From the NCBI GenBank assembly GCA_048938445.1, contig JBHLME010000029.1, positions 1 to 40,335 of the forward strand: a stretch of 40,335 bases of DNA. The letters run 5' to 3'. This document shows, one piece after another, positions 1 through 9,400 of the stretch. A program made the position numbers and the translations under genes. This DNA is from Promethearchaeota archaeon (GTDB taxonomy: Archaea > Asgardarchaeota > Lokiarchaeia > Sigyniarchaeales > SOKP01). Every line of letters starts with the position of its first letter. The stretch's first letter is position 1. A model generated the notes under the pieces. That model saw only the letters and a program-made list of their open reading frames with translations. It was not told the origin of the DNA and did not search any database.

Positions 1-69
1 GAGGAATACGTTCAAAGTTTAACAAACAATCCAAAGATTAAGCAACAGAAGTTAAGTGATTTCTTTTAA
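1..69 (+). CDS. 3' end of a gene (partial) whose product ends in a PCNA-interacting (PIP) box
   Basis: Frame 1 reads EEYVQSLTNNPKIKQQKLSDFF then TAA at 67-69; QxxLxxFF at the extreme C-terminus is the PIP-box consensus. Confidence 0.7.
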   Translation, partial: EEYVQSLTNNPKIKQQKLSDFF

Positions 70-74
70 TTTTA

Positions 75-1298
75 TCATTCTATTCTCTTATCCAAGCTTT
101 TTATCGTATTAAAACACACGTTTAAGCAATTATTTAAATTTTGTTTTAATATGTCATTTAAAAATCTTTCTTTACCCCTTTCTAGTTTTGGTATTTTAAG
201 GTAGGAAAAACAAGATAACTGTAATTCCTTACGAACTTTCCTTGAATATGATTTAAAGATCTCAAAATGTTGGGGTATTATTCTTGGCATATTCACTTTA
301 ATTATTTTAACATTCATATTTTTAGCTGATGCTTTAATGATTGCATTAAGATTTTGATTTATTTCTTCACATTTAAAAAAACCAATCTTTTCCACGAGTC
401 CGATTTTATTTCCTATTTTATCAATATTAAAATTATAAGAATCATCTAGTTCATATTCTTCATACAATTCAAAAAAATGTTTCTGACAATAATTACGAAT
501 ACCCCAGAGTCCAAATTTCTCCGCTCCAGTCCATAAAAAAATAACATCAATGTGATCAAGCGGGTCTTTTTTTATAAACTTGGCAAGTTCAATTAAAATA
601 GCAGATCCAGATAAACTATTTATCAAATTATTTGAGTCGTCAATCTTTTTATTGAAAAATGAGAGGATCAATATGATAATAAATATAATTCCTATAATTA
701 AAGAAGTTAATTTTATTGATTCATGAATTTCAAAAGCCAATGCAGAAGCAATAAAAATAGAAAAGATAGTGATTAAATAAATAATCATCAAGAAAAAATT
801 CAAGAAGGATAAGAACATTTGCAATCTTAGGGGATATTTATGATTCGTTGATTCATAATGAGCCGAAAATATGACCATTGGTCTTTTAAATCTCTTATTT
901 TGAGCAGGAATCTCCCCGATTACATTTCTTGATTTTTTTTTCTTTCCAATGAAAGAAAATTGATTGGGATTAATAGAAATCTCTACAATTATGATGCAAA
1001 AGATTATTATTAATAGTGAAAACAATAGAAGAAGCCATTTAATTTCGAATAAGAGCAATAAGATTAATTCATAAATTAGAATGGAAAAAGCATTAAAGAG
1101 AAAAAGTGGTTTTAAAATAGAATGATCGCACCATTCGAATGATTCTGCTCGATTTTTGATATTCTCATCAGCTAGTTCATTCTGGATATAATTAATAGCT
1201 TTTTTTTCCCCTATCGTTGAAGCTTTACGACTGAAAGATAAAGCTTGAACGTGTTTTAAAACAGCTGACTCATCAAAAAATCTTGAAATTTCAATCAC
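75..1298 (-). CDS. M28-family peptidase-like membrane protein with degenerate metal ligands
   Basis: M28 landmarks SRNVIG, FSAHYES, SGSAILIELA, FLWTGAEKFGLWG, NIDKIG; two pairs of hydrophobic helices. Confidence 0.75.
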   Translation of the reverse strand: MIEISRFFDESAVLKHVQALSFSRKASTIGEKKAINYIQNELADENIKNRAESFEWCDHSILKPLFLFNAFSILIYELILLLLFEIKWLLLLFSLLIIIFCIIIVEISINPNQFSFIGKKKKSRNVIGEIPAQNKRFKRPMVIFSAHYESTNHKYPLRLQMFLSFLNFFLMIIYLITIFSIFIASALAFEIHESIKLTSLIIGIIFIIILILSFFNKKIDDSNNLINSLSGSAILIELAKFIKKDPLDHIDVIFLWTGAEKFGLWGIRNYCQKHFFELYEEYELDDSYNFNIDKIGNKIGLVEKIGFFKCEEINQNLNAIIKASAKNMNVKIIKVNMPRIIPQHFEIFKSYSRKVRKELQLSCFSYLKIPKLERGKERFLNDILKQNLNNCLNVCFNTIKSLDKRIE

Positions 1299-1462
1299 TT
1301 AGGTTATAATTATAAAAAGTATAAGATTATAGATTTTTAAATTATAGCAAACTTAGCTCAAGAGATCTATCTATATAAAAATGATTCTGAATTCTCCTTC
1401 AACGCTTATATTCCTCTAGAAAATGATTTCCATAAAATAAATACGAATTTTCTATTAGAAAA

Positions 1463-1576
1463 TGCAGGAGGAGGGATTTGAACCCTCGTACTCCTATGAG
1501 AAAGTCCAATCCATTTAACTTAATGGTTTTCTGGAACCTCAGTCCAGCACCGTTGACCAGGCTTGGCAACTCCTGC
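1463..1576 (-). tRNA. tRNA-Leu(GAG) with a ~29-nt non-canonical intron (about 43/44; 1502-1530)
   Basis: Reverse complement: acceptor GCAGGAG/CTCCTGC, anticodon arm CTGGA-CTGAGGT-TCCAG, variable arm CTC-ATAG-GAG, T arm GAGGG-TTCAAAT-CCCTC. Removing the extra 29 nt gives an 85-nt type II tRNA. Confidence 0.92.
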
Positions 1577-1815
1577 CCAATTGTATTTTAATGTAAAGAG
1601 AGGAGTAATTAATTATTATATTAACTCTCTTTTTGCTTTAAGTTATAAATTAATTAAATTTTAAAATTTTTTGCTTTCTGATATTTTCTCATTTAATAAA
1701 ATTTATATTACAATGTTATCATTTTTTAGTAGTAAAACCTAATTATAAATTAATGTAATGGTTATATAAATAAACGAAAAGAACGATATACTTAGAATTA
1801 AAGGTTTAAAATATC

Positions 1816-2832
1816 TTGTCCGTCGACAGAAAAAAACTTGAAGCATTGTTAAAATGGTATATTCAAGAAGTTGGTAAGGATTTAATCGCTGTCATAGTAG
1901 TAAATCGAGAAGGTCTAGTAATTGATGCCATTTCTGGAAAATCATCAGAAAAAACTGTAGATGAGGAGATTGTAGGGGGAGTTAGCGCCCTAGTTGAACC
2001 TGTATTGACTCGAATTACTAAAGAATTTAGTTCAGGAGCTTTTGGAACGGGAACTTTTGACACGGAGGATTATCGTCTCATTTTTTGCGAAGCAGGTCCT
2101 GAGGCCGTTTTTGTAACAGTATTAGATGCTGTTGCTCTAATTGACCCAGTTTTTCCTTATGCATATTTGACAGCAGAAAAAATAGCTAGGGTTTTTGATG
2201 GTCGAACTGTTAGCCCAGTTATCCCTAAAATTATCTCTAGTAAAGATGGTCAAGTTATTGAACGAAAAAAAGATACACTTCAAAAAATTAAAATTCAATC
2301 CGGAGAATATGCATATAAATTAATTTTGGGTGGGGAAGGAGGAGTAGGGAAAACTAGCATGGTCCATCGTTTTGTAGAAGATACTTTTCAAACAGATTAT
2401 AAATCAACAATAGGTACTTCTATTATGAAAAAAGAATGCTCTTTTGAAGGATTGAGTAGCAAAGTTCGATTTGTAATTTGGGATTTAGCTGGCCAAGCGC
2501 AATTCAAACGCGTGAGAATGTCTTATGTTGAAAATGCAGAAGCAGGTTTACTTGTTTATGATGTTACTCGAAAAGAGACATTTGATAGCCTTGAAGGTTG
2601 GCATAATGAAATCAAGACAGCTTCACCGACAATCTCATTAATTTTAGTTGGAAATAAAATTGATTTGGAAGATAAACGTCAAGTACCAACTGAAGAGGGA
2701 CAAGCTTTAGCTCAAAAACTAGGGTTAACATATATAGAAACTTCAGCGAAGACAGGAGAAAATATTAATGATGCGTTTAAAATGTTAGCTCTACAGATGA
2801 TTAAAAGGTTTGTTGTAGCAGAAGAAGTGTAA
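1816..2832 (+). CDS. Roadblock/LC7 (MglB-like) domain fused to a Rab-like small GTPase
   Basis: N-terminal AVIVVNREGLVI roadblock motif; C-terminal GEGGVGKT, STIG, WDLAGQ, GNKID, ETSAK; TTG start. Confidence 0.88.
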   Translation: MSVDRKKLEALLKWYIQEVGKDLIAVIVVNREGLVIDAISGKSSEKTVDEEIVGGVSALVEPVLTRITKEFSSGAFGTGTFDTEDYRLIFCEAGPEAVFVTVLDAVALIDPVFPYAYLTAEKIARVFDGRTVSPVIPKIISSKDGQVIERKKDTLQKIKIQSGEYAYKLILGGEGGVGKTSMVHRFVEDTFQTDYKSTIGTSIMKKECSFEGLSSKVRFVIWDLAGQAQFKRVRMSYVENAEAGLLVYDVTRKETFDSLEGWHNEIKTASPTISLILVGNKIDLEDKRQVPTEEGQALAQKLGLTYIETSAKTGENINDAFKMLALQMIKRFVVAEEV

Positions 2833-2835
2833 TAG

Positions 2836-2948
2836 AGCCCCTGGTGGGATTTGAACCCACGACCGATTGATATTTCTTCCTTTTTAAGCCAGATTACGAA
2901 TCAATCGCTATTACGGAGTATTTACCCATACCGCTAAGCCACAGAGGC
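2836..2948 (-). tRNA. tRNA-Thr(CGT) with two introns (21/22: 2911-2928; 37/38: 2872-2894)
   Basis: Acceptor GCCTCTG/CAGGGGC, anticodon arm ATTGA-TTCGTAA-TCAAT, T arm GTGGG-TTCAAAT-CCCAC. D-loop intron has a clean BHB (GCGG TA^T ... CCGT AA^T). Mature length 72 nt. Confidence 0.92.
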
Positions 2949-3009
2949 TTGAAGATGATCAATAATAACTTAATATTTATTAATTTTAAACAAATTAAAA
3001 ATTTATCTA

Positions 3010-4035
3010 ATGAAGAAACATAATATAATTGGTGATTTTGGAGAAACGGCTATAATTAAAATAATTGAAAGTGTCATTCATGAAATTACTGGAAAAATAT
3101 TAATCCAAGATGATTCATTTTTCTTCGCACTTCCACCCAATAAAGATAATAAAATGGTGGCTGTTTTTAACTCTGACATGCTTGTCTCTACTACGGATAT
3201 TCCTCCACAAATGGATTTTCATCAAATTGGTAGGAAATCTGTAATCATGAATATTAGTGATTTAATTGTAAAAAACGTTAAACCAAGAGCCATGATCATT
3301 TCAATGGGCCTTCCTAAAGATCTATATATTAAAAATTTCAAGGATATTATAAGAGGGATTGTAGAATGCTCAAGAAAATATGATTTAGATTATATCGGAG
3401 GAGATATTAACGAAACTAAAGAAATAATTATAAATCCTACTATTTTTGGTTATCAAGAAGATTCAAAAATAATACATCGTGAGGGTATTAATGAAGGAGA
3501 TGTAATAGTTGCAAATGGAAAATTTGGATTAACTGGTGTTGGTTTTGACATTTTATTAAATAAAAAGGGTGATATCTCTCAATATCCTTCATACAAAAGG
3601 TCAATTATGAGTGTATTAGAACCAGTGGATTTTAAAGGAGAAGCCTTTATTCTAGGTGATAAAAATCTTGCTTCAGCAAGTATTGATTCCTCTGATGGAT
3701 TGGCAAAGTCATTAAAAGAATTAATATCATCCAATTCCAAAATAGGATTCGAAATTAATTTTAATGAGGAATTAATGGACGAGGAAGCAGTAAGATATAG
3801 TAAGGAATTTAACATCTCATTAAAAGATCTCATATTTAATGCAGGGGAAGAATTTATTCATTTATTTACAATACCTAATGAAGATATTCTAAATGCTTCA
3901 AAAATAATAAGAGATAATCATATGGAACTATTTCGGATAGGAAGGGTGATCTCTGATGAAAAAATCTATATAATAGAAAAGTCTCAGAAAAAAGGATTAA
4001 CTTTTAGCGGTTTTGAGCATTTTAAAAATAATTAA
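3010..4035 (+). CDS. thiL: Thiamine-monophosphate kinase
   Basis: GETAII, QDD, SDMLV, NISDL, IGGD, IDSSDGL and AGEEF motifs of the PurM/ThiL fold. Confidence 0.88.
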   Translation: MKKHNIIGDFGETAIIKIIESVIHEITGKILIQDDSFFFALPPNKDNKMVAVFNSDMLVSTTDIPPQMDFHQIGRKSVIMNISDLIVKNVKPRAMIISMGLPKDLYIKNFKDIIRGIVECSRKYDLDYIGGDINETKEIIINPTIFGYQEDSKIIHREGINEGDVIVANGKFGLTGVGFDILLNKKGDISQYPSYKRSIMSVLEPVDFKGEAFILGDKNLASASIDSSDGLAKSLKELISSNSKIGFEINFNEELMDEEAVRYSKEFNISLKDLIFNAGEEFIHLFTIPNEDILNASKIIRDNHMELFRIGRVISDEKIYIIEKSQKKGLTFSGFEHFKNN

Positions 4036-4178
4036 AACGTAAGAATTGTCAAGTAGCTAATAATAATTGACCCTTACAAGTAGCATATCGAAAAAGTTTT
4101 ATATTATTGATAACTTAAATATATAAGCTTGTTTTATATCTGCTCAAATAATATATAAATAATAATTCCTAAGTTTTT

Positions 4179-4281
4179 GGGCTATTAGCGCAGAAAAAGC
4201 ACGATTCGAGCTTTTTGCGTAAGCAGGTAGCGCAGCAGGCTTTTAACCTGAAGGTCGTGGGTTCGATTCCCACATAGCCCG
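4179..4281 (+). tRNA. tRNA-Lys(TTT) with a 29-nt D-loop intron (15/16; 4194-4222)
   Basis: Acceptor GGGCTAT/ATAGCCC, D stem GCGC/GCGC, anticodon loop CTTTTAA, T arm GTGGG-TTCGATT-CCCAC. BHB GCGC AG^A ... GCGT AA^G with inner helix AAAAGC/GCTTTT. Mature length 74 nt. Confidence 0.93.
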
Positions 4282-4374
4282 CAAATAATTCTTTTTAATA
4301 ATTAAAATTAACAATAGATAATTTAATGTTCATTAATATATTTTAAATATTAGGATACAATCTTTTAAGAAGAA

Positions 4375-5379
4375 ATGATAAACCTAGACTCTAAACTTCC
4401 ATCAGATGAACCAGAACAGCTATTAATAAAGTCCCAAGATATTAGTAATCCAAATTTCGGTTGTGAACCGAAAAAGCGTGATATTAAAACACTTCTTGAA
4501 TATGGTGTAATTAATTTAGATAAGGTGAGTGGTCCTTCAAGTCATGAAGTAACATCTTGGGTACGGAAAATTTTGGGTATTTCAAATGTAGGACATGGTG
4601 GTACGTTAGATCCTAAGGTTACTGGAGTACTTCCTTGTGCTCTTGGAAAAGCTACACGAGTACTTTCAGCTTTGTTAAGTGCTGGGAAGGAATATGTAGG
4701 AGTAATGTATTTACATTCAAAAGAGTCCACGCAAAGAATTGAAAAGATCTTTAAATTATTTACAGGCAAACTTTATCAGAGACCTCCAATAAAATCTTCA
4801 GTAGTAAGAAGATTACGGATTAGAGAGATTTATTATACAGAAGTTCTGGATGTAAACGAGCACCACGTTTTATTTAGAATTGGATGTGAAGCAGGAACAT
4901 ATGTCCGAAAATTTTGTTTTGATATTGGAGAAGCGTTATGTTCGGGTGCTCATATGTTAGAGTTAAGAAGAACGAGAGTAGGACCTTTTAAAGAGGAAGA
5001 TAACTTAATAACTCTTCAAGATTTGAAAGATGCATATATGATTTATCAAAAAGAGGGAGAAGATAAATATTTAATGAAATTTATATACCCGATGGAAAAA
5101 ATGGTTTCTCATTTGCCAAAAATCTTTGTTAGAGATTCTGCTGTTGACGCATTATGTCATGGTGCAAATTTAGCAGCAGCTGGATGTTGTTATATTGATG
5201 CAAGAATTAATACAGGAATGCAAATTGCCTATATGACTCTAAAAAAGGAGCTGATTGGATTCGGTATAGCGAGTAAAAATGCAATGGCTATATTAAAAGC
5301 CAAATCTGGAATTGTGGCGAAGACGGATAAAATTTTTATGAATAGAGGGACTTATCCTCGTTGGAGTGAAAAAAATTAA
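4375..5379 (+). CDS. cbf5: H/ACA RNA-guided pseudouridine synthase Cbf5
   Basis: GVINLDK, GPSSHEV, GHGGTLDPKVTGVL, GKEYV, CEAGTYVR and ELRRTR motifs; C-terminal PUA domain. Confidence 0.96.
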   Translation: MINLDSKLPSDEPEQLLIKSQDISNPNFGCEPKKRDIKTLLEYGVINLDKVSGPSSHEVTSWVRKILGISNVGHGGTLDPKVTGVLPCALGKATRVLSALLSAGKEYVGVMYLHSKESTQRIEKIFKLFTGKLYQRPPIKSSVVRRLRIREIYYTEVLDVNEHHVLFRIGCEAGTYVRKFCFDIGEALCSGAHMLELRRTRVGPFKEEDNLITLQDLKDAYMIYQKEGEDKYLMKFIYPMEKMVSHLPKIFVRDSAVDALCHGANLAAAGCCYIDARINTGMQIAYMTLKKELIGFGIASKNAMAILKAKSGIVAKTDKIFMNRGTYPRWSEKN

Positions 5380-5402
5380 TCAAAGAGGAGATTTTATTAA
5401 TA

Positions 5403-6038
5403 ATGGAGCGAAAAGATCAACATTATTACACACCTCTCCCTGATGTTAAATTAAAAATATTTACTGTTGCTGAAAGTTTACGTAGACATTTATATATATT
5501 TAAAACAGTTCCTGGTATTTTTTCTTTTAAAAAAATTGATTTAGGCACTAAATTATTAATAGAACATATGATGATCCCTTCAGAAGAAAGCAATTTATTA
5601 GATATAGGGTGTGGTTATGGTCCAATAGGTATAGTCTTAGCGCATGAATCTCCTAAAAGCCAAATTTATTTAGTAGATATAAATAAACTTGCTTGTTGGT
5701 GTGCTAGAGAGAATGTTAAAACAAATATATCGATTAATAAAGGACGTGTTCAAGTACTTTTTGGAAGTTTTTTTGAACCTATAATAAAAAAAAATATAAA
5801 ATTTGATGGAATATATATGAATCCTCCTTTGAGACTTGGAAGAAATGTATTTTTTAAAATTTACGAGGATGTTTATAAAAATTTAAAACCACAAGGTCTA
5901 TTTCAGTTTGTCATGAGAAAAAAAATGGGAGCAGAATATATATTAAAGTCTCTTAGAAAACAATATCCAGAAGAAAAAATAGAAATTATCTGCAAAAGAA
6001 GTGGATATTGGATTTTCAAATGCTTTCACAATGAATAG
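5403..6038 (+). CDS. Class I SAM-dependent methyltransferase (RsmC/MTS-like)
   Basis: PGIFS...IDLGTKLL, LDIGCGYGPIG, VDIN and NPP motifs. Confidence 0.88.
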   Translation: MERKDQHYYTPLPDVKLKIFTVAESLRRHLYIFKTVPGIFSFKKIDLGTKLLIEHMMIPSEESNLLDIGCGYGPIGIVLAHESPKSQIYLVDINKLACWCARENVKTNISINKGRVQVLFGSFFEPIIKKNIKFDGIYMNPPLRLGRNVFFKIYEDVYKNLKPQGLFQFVMRKKMGAEYILKSLRKQYPEEKIEIICKRSGYWIFKCFHNE

Positions 6039-6154
6039 TAAGTAAATAAATATAAATGAAATGAGTCATTTCGTTTTCTAATTATAAAATATCTTAATTA
6101 GTAAAACTTTTTACCTAAGCAATATTTTTATTCATATAACTTGGAACATAGTGG

Positions 6155-6418
6155 ATGTTTTTGACTAAGAAAAAAAAGATTGATGTACTGCTACACAAGT
6201 ACGTTCCAAAACATGTTCTTTTAACACAAGAAGAAACGACAGCACTATTAAGTGAATATAAGATTGGACTTAGCGATTTACCCCAAATGTTTGAAAAAGA
6301 TCCTGTGGCGGTTGCAATTGGAGCTAAAGAGGGAGATGTGGTTAAAATTGTTCGTGATTCAGAAACATCTGTAAAGTCTGTCGTATATTATCGCTATGTA
6401 AAAAAAGAAAAATTATAA
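6155..6418 (+). CDS. rpoH: RNA polymerase subunit H (Rpo5)
   Basis: HKYVPKHVLL, LPQM..KDPVA, GDVVKIVRDS and YYRYV motifs. Confidence 0.96.
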   Translation: MFLTKKKKIDVLLHKYVPKHVLLTQEETTALLSEYKIGLSDLPQMFEKDPVAVAIGAKEGDVVKIVRDSETSVKSVVYYRYVKKEKL

Positions 6419-6493
6419 TAATATTTATTTACGGATTAAATTAAATAAAATACAAAACCTCATTGTTATATTGATAGCAATTAGCATCAAGGA

Positions 6494-9400
6494 TTGATTA
6501 TATTGAGTACCGAAAAAATAACCAATGCAGATAAGTGGATTATATTAAAAAGCTTATTTGATGAAAAGGGATTAGTAAGACAGCATTTGGATTCATACAA
6601 TGATTTCATTGAATATAAAATGCAAGAAATTGTTGATGAATCTGCTGAAGTAGTTCCAGATATACCGGGATTTAAGATAAAATTTGGTAAAATAAAGGTT
6701 GGGAGACCAAAGGTAAGAGAAGCAGATGGTGCGACAATGGAAATTTCCCCGATTGAGGCAAGAATTAGAGAATTAAGTTATGCTGCGGATATTACTTTGG
6801 AAATGACACCTATTACAATCGATGAGAGGACACAACGAGAAGAAGAAGAAGAAACATTAGATATTTATATTGGTAAAATACCCATAATGTTGAAAAGTTG
6901 TAGGTGCCCTTTGGAAAGTTTATCAGAACAAGAATTAATAAAAAGTGGTGAAGACCCTCTAGATCCTGGTGGATATTTTATTATTAATGGCACTGAAAGA
7001 GTGTTAGTCACTCAAGAAGATTTAGCTCCTAATAGGATTTTAGCAGAGGAAGCAAGTAGAAGTTCCAGTGCGACACACCAAGCCAAGGTTTTTTCTACTA
7101 GAAGTGGCTTTAGAGCACCAGTAACTATTGAAAGAAAGAAAGATGGCAATTTACGAGTTTCATTTCCCTCTGTTCCTGGAAAAATTCCCTTGGCCATCTT
7201 AATGCGGGCTTTAGGATTACATTCTGATAGAGAAATCTTTGAGGCAATATCAGAAAATGATGAAATTCAAAAAGAATTAATTCCTGTAATAGACGTTGCA
7301 TCTGAAATTCAAGTATTGAAGGATCCAGAAAAATCTCAACAAAATGCACTTGATTACATTGGTAAAAGAGTTGCAATTGGACAAACTAAAGATTATCGTA
7401 TTAGAAGAGCTCTTCAAGTTTTAGATCGTTATCTTTTGCCGCATATTGGCAATAATGAAGAAGATAGAATTAAAAAAGCTTATTATCTAGGACAAATGGC
7501 ACAAAAAGTAATGGAGCTAGCTATTGGATTTAGAGAACCAGATGATAAAGATCATTATGCTAATAAACGACTTAAATTAGCGGGAGAATTATTCACTTCA
7601 TTATTCCGTGTTGCCTTTTTAAACCTTGTAAAGGATATTAAATATCAATTAGAAAGGACAGCTGTTAGGGGAAGGGCTCCAAATATTAAGACGGCTGTCA
7701 GAGCGGATGTAATAACAGAAAGAATAAGGCACGCTTTAGCAACGGGTAATTGGGTCGGAGGTAAAGCAGGAGTTAGCCAATTATTAAATAGAACAAATCA
7801 TGTTGGAACATTAAGTCATTTAAGAAGAGTTATATCACCTTTAAGTCGGAGTCAACCTCATTTTGAAGCAAGAGATCTACATCCTACTCAATGGGGAAAA
7901 ATATGTCCCGCTGAAACCCCTGAAGGACCAAATTGTGGTTTAGTTAAAAATTTAGGTTTAGCTTCTATCATTTCTGTAGGTACTGATGAAAATCTTTTGG
8001 AAAAAATTATTATTGATTTAGGAGTAATACCTATAAATGAAGTAAAAAATATCAGAGGTAATAAAGTAAAAGTCTTTTTAAATGGAAAACTAGTTGGAAT
8101 ACATCAACAATATAATAATTTCATACGTCAGCTTAGAGAAAAGCGTAGACGAGGTGAAATAGGACAACATGTTAACATTGGATATTACTATGATTCTAAA
8201 GAGATACAAATAAACTGTGATGCAGGAAGGGCAACTAGACCTTTATTCGTATTAAAGAATGAGAACTTGTTAATTACTAAAGAAATCATTGAAAAGCTTA
8301 AACAAAAGAAGTTCATTTGGTCAGATTTGGTTAAAAAAGGGATAATTGAATACTTGGATGCAGAAGAGGAGGAGAATGCTTTTATTGCCATGTTTGAAGA
8401 AGATATTACCCCAGAACATACTCATTTAGAGATATCACCTGCTGCAATTTTAGGTATTTGTGCATCTATAATCCCATTTCCCGAGCATAATCAATCACCA
8501 AGAAATACTTATGAAGCAGGAATGGTAAAGCAAGCATTAGGGCTGTTTGCAGCTAACTTACATTTAAGATTGGATACAAGAGGTCACACATTACATTATC
8601 CTCAACAACCACTGGTAAAAACAAGTCCAATGGAAATAATTGGAATTAATCAGCGTCCAGCAGGGCAGAATTTCATTATTGGTATGATGTCATTTGAAGG
8701 ATTTAATATTGAGGATGCAATTATTATTAATAAAGCTTCAATTGATCGGGGATTAGCAAGAAGCCATTTTTTCAGGACTTATGATGCAGAAGAAAGGAAA
8801 TATCCTGGAGGTGAAGTGGATAAATTTGAAATTCCTGAAAGAGGTGTTCGAGGATTTAAATCTGCTGAATCTTATCGTTTATTATCTGAAGTTGATGGAA
8901 TTATTGAACCTGAAACTACGGTAAACGGAGGAGATGTTTTAATTGGCAGGACATCCCCACCAAGATTCATAAAATCGTATGAAGAGTTCGAACTTATGCA
9001 ACCTAATAGACGAGAGACTTCAAAAAATATGAGACATAATGAAAAAGGAATCGTAGACACGGTCATTATTTCAGAGACAGTTGATGGAAACAAGTTAGTA
9101 AAGATAAAAGTAAGAGATTTAAGAATTCCTGAACTCGGTGATAAATTTTCTTCTCGACATGGGCAGAAAGGAGTGTTAGGACTCATCCAACCTCAAGAAG
9201 ATATGCCTTTTACAGCATCTGGAGTAATTCCTGATATCATCGTAAATCCTCATGCAATGCCCTCAAGAATGACTTTAGGACAATTATTTGAAGGAATAAG
9301 TGGAAAAATAGCTTGTAACACAGGAAAATTAGGTGATGCTACAGCATTTGAGTGGAAAAATATAACTGAACTTCAAGAACAACTAGTTCAGGCGGGTTTT

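Noticed and set aside
1595-1632. Inverted repeat AAAGAGAG/CTCTCTTT upstream of tRNA-Leu
   Set aside because: Only 8 bp with a 22-nt spacer in low-complexity DNA; no second occurrence recognised.
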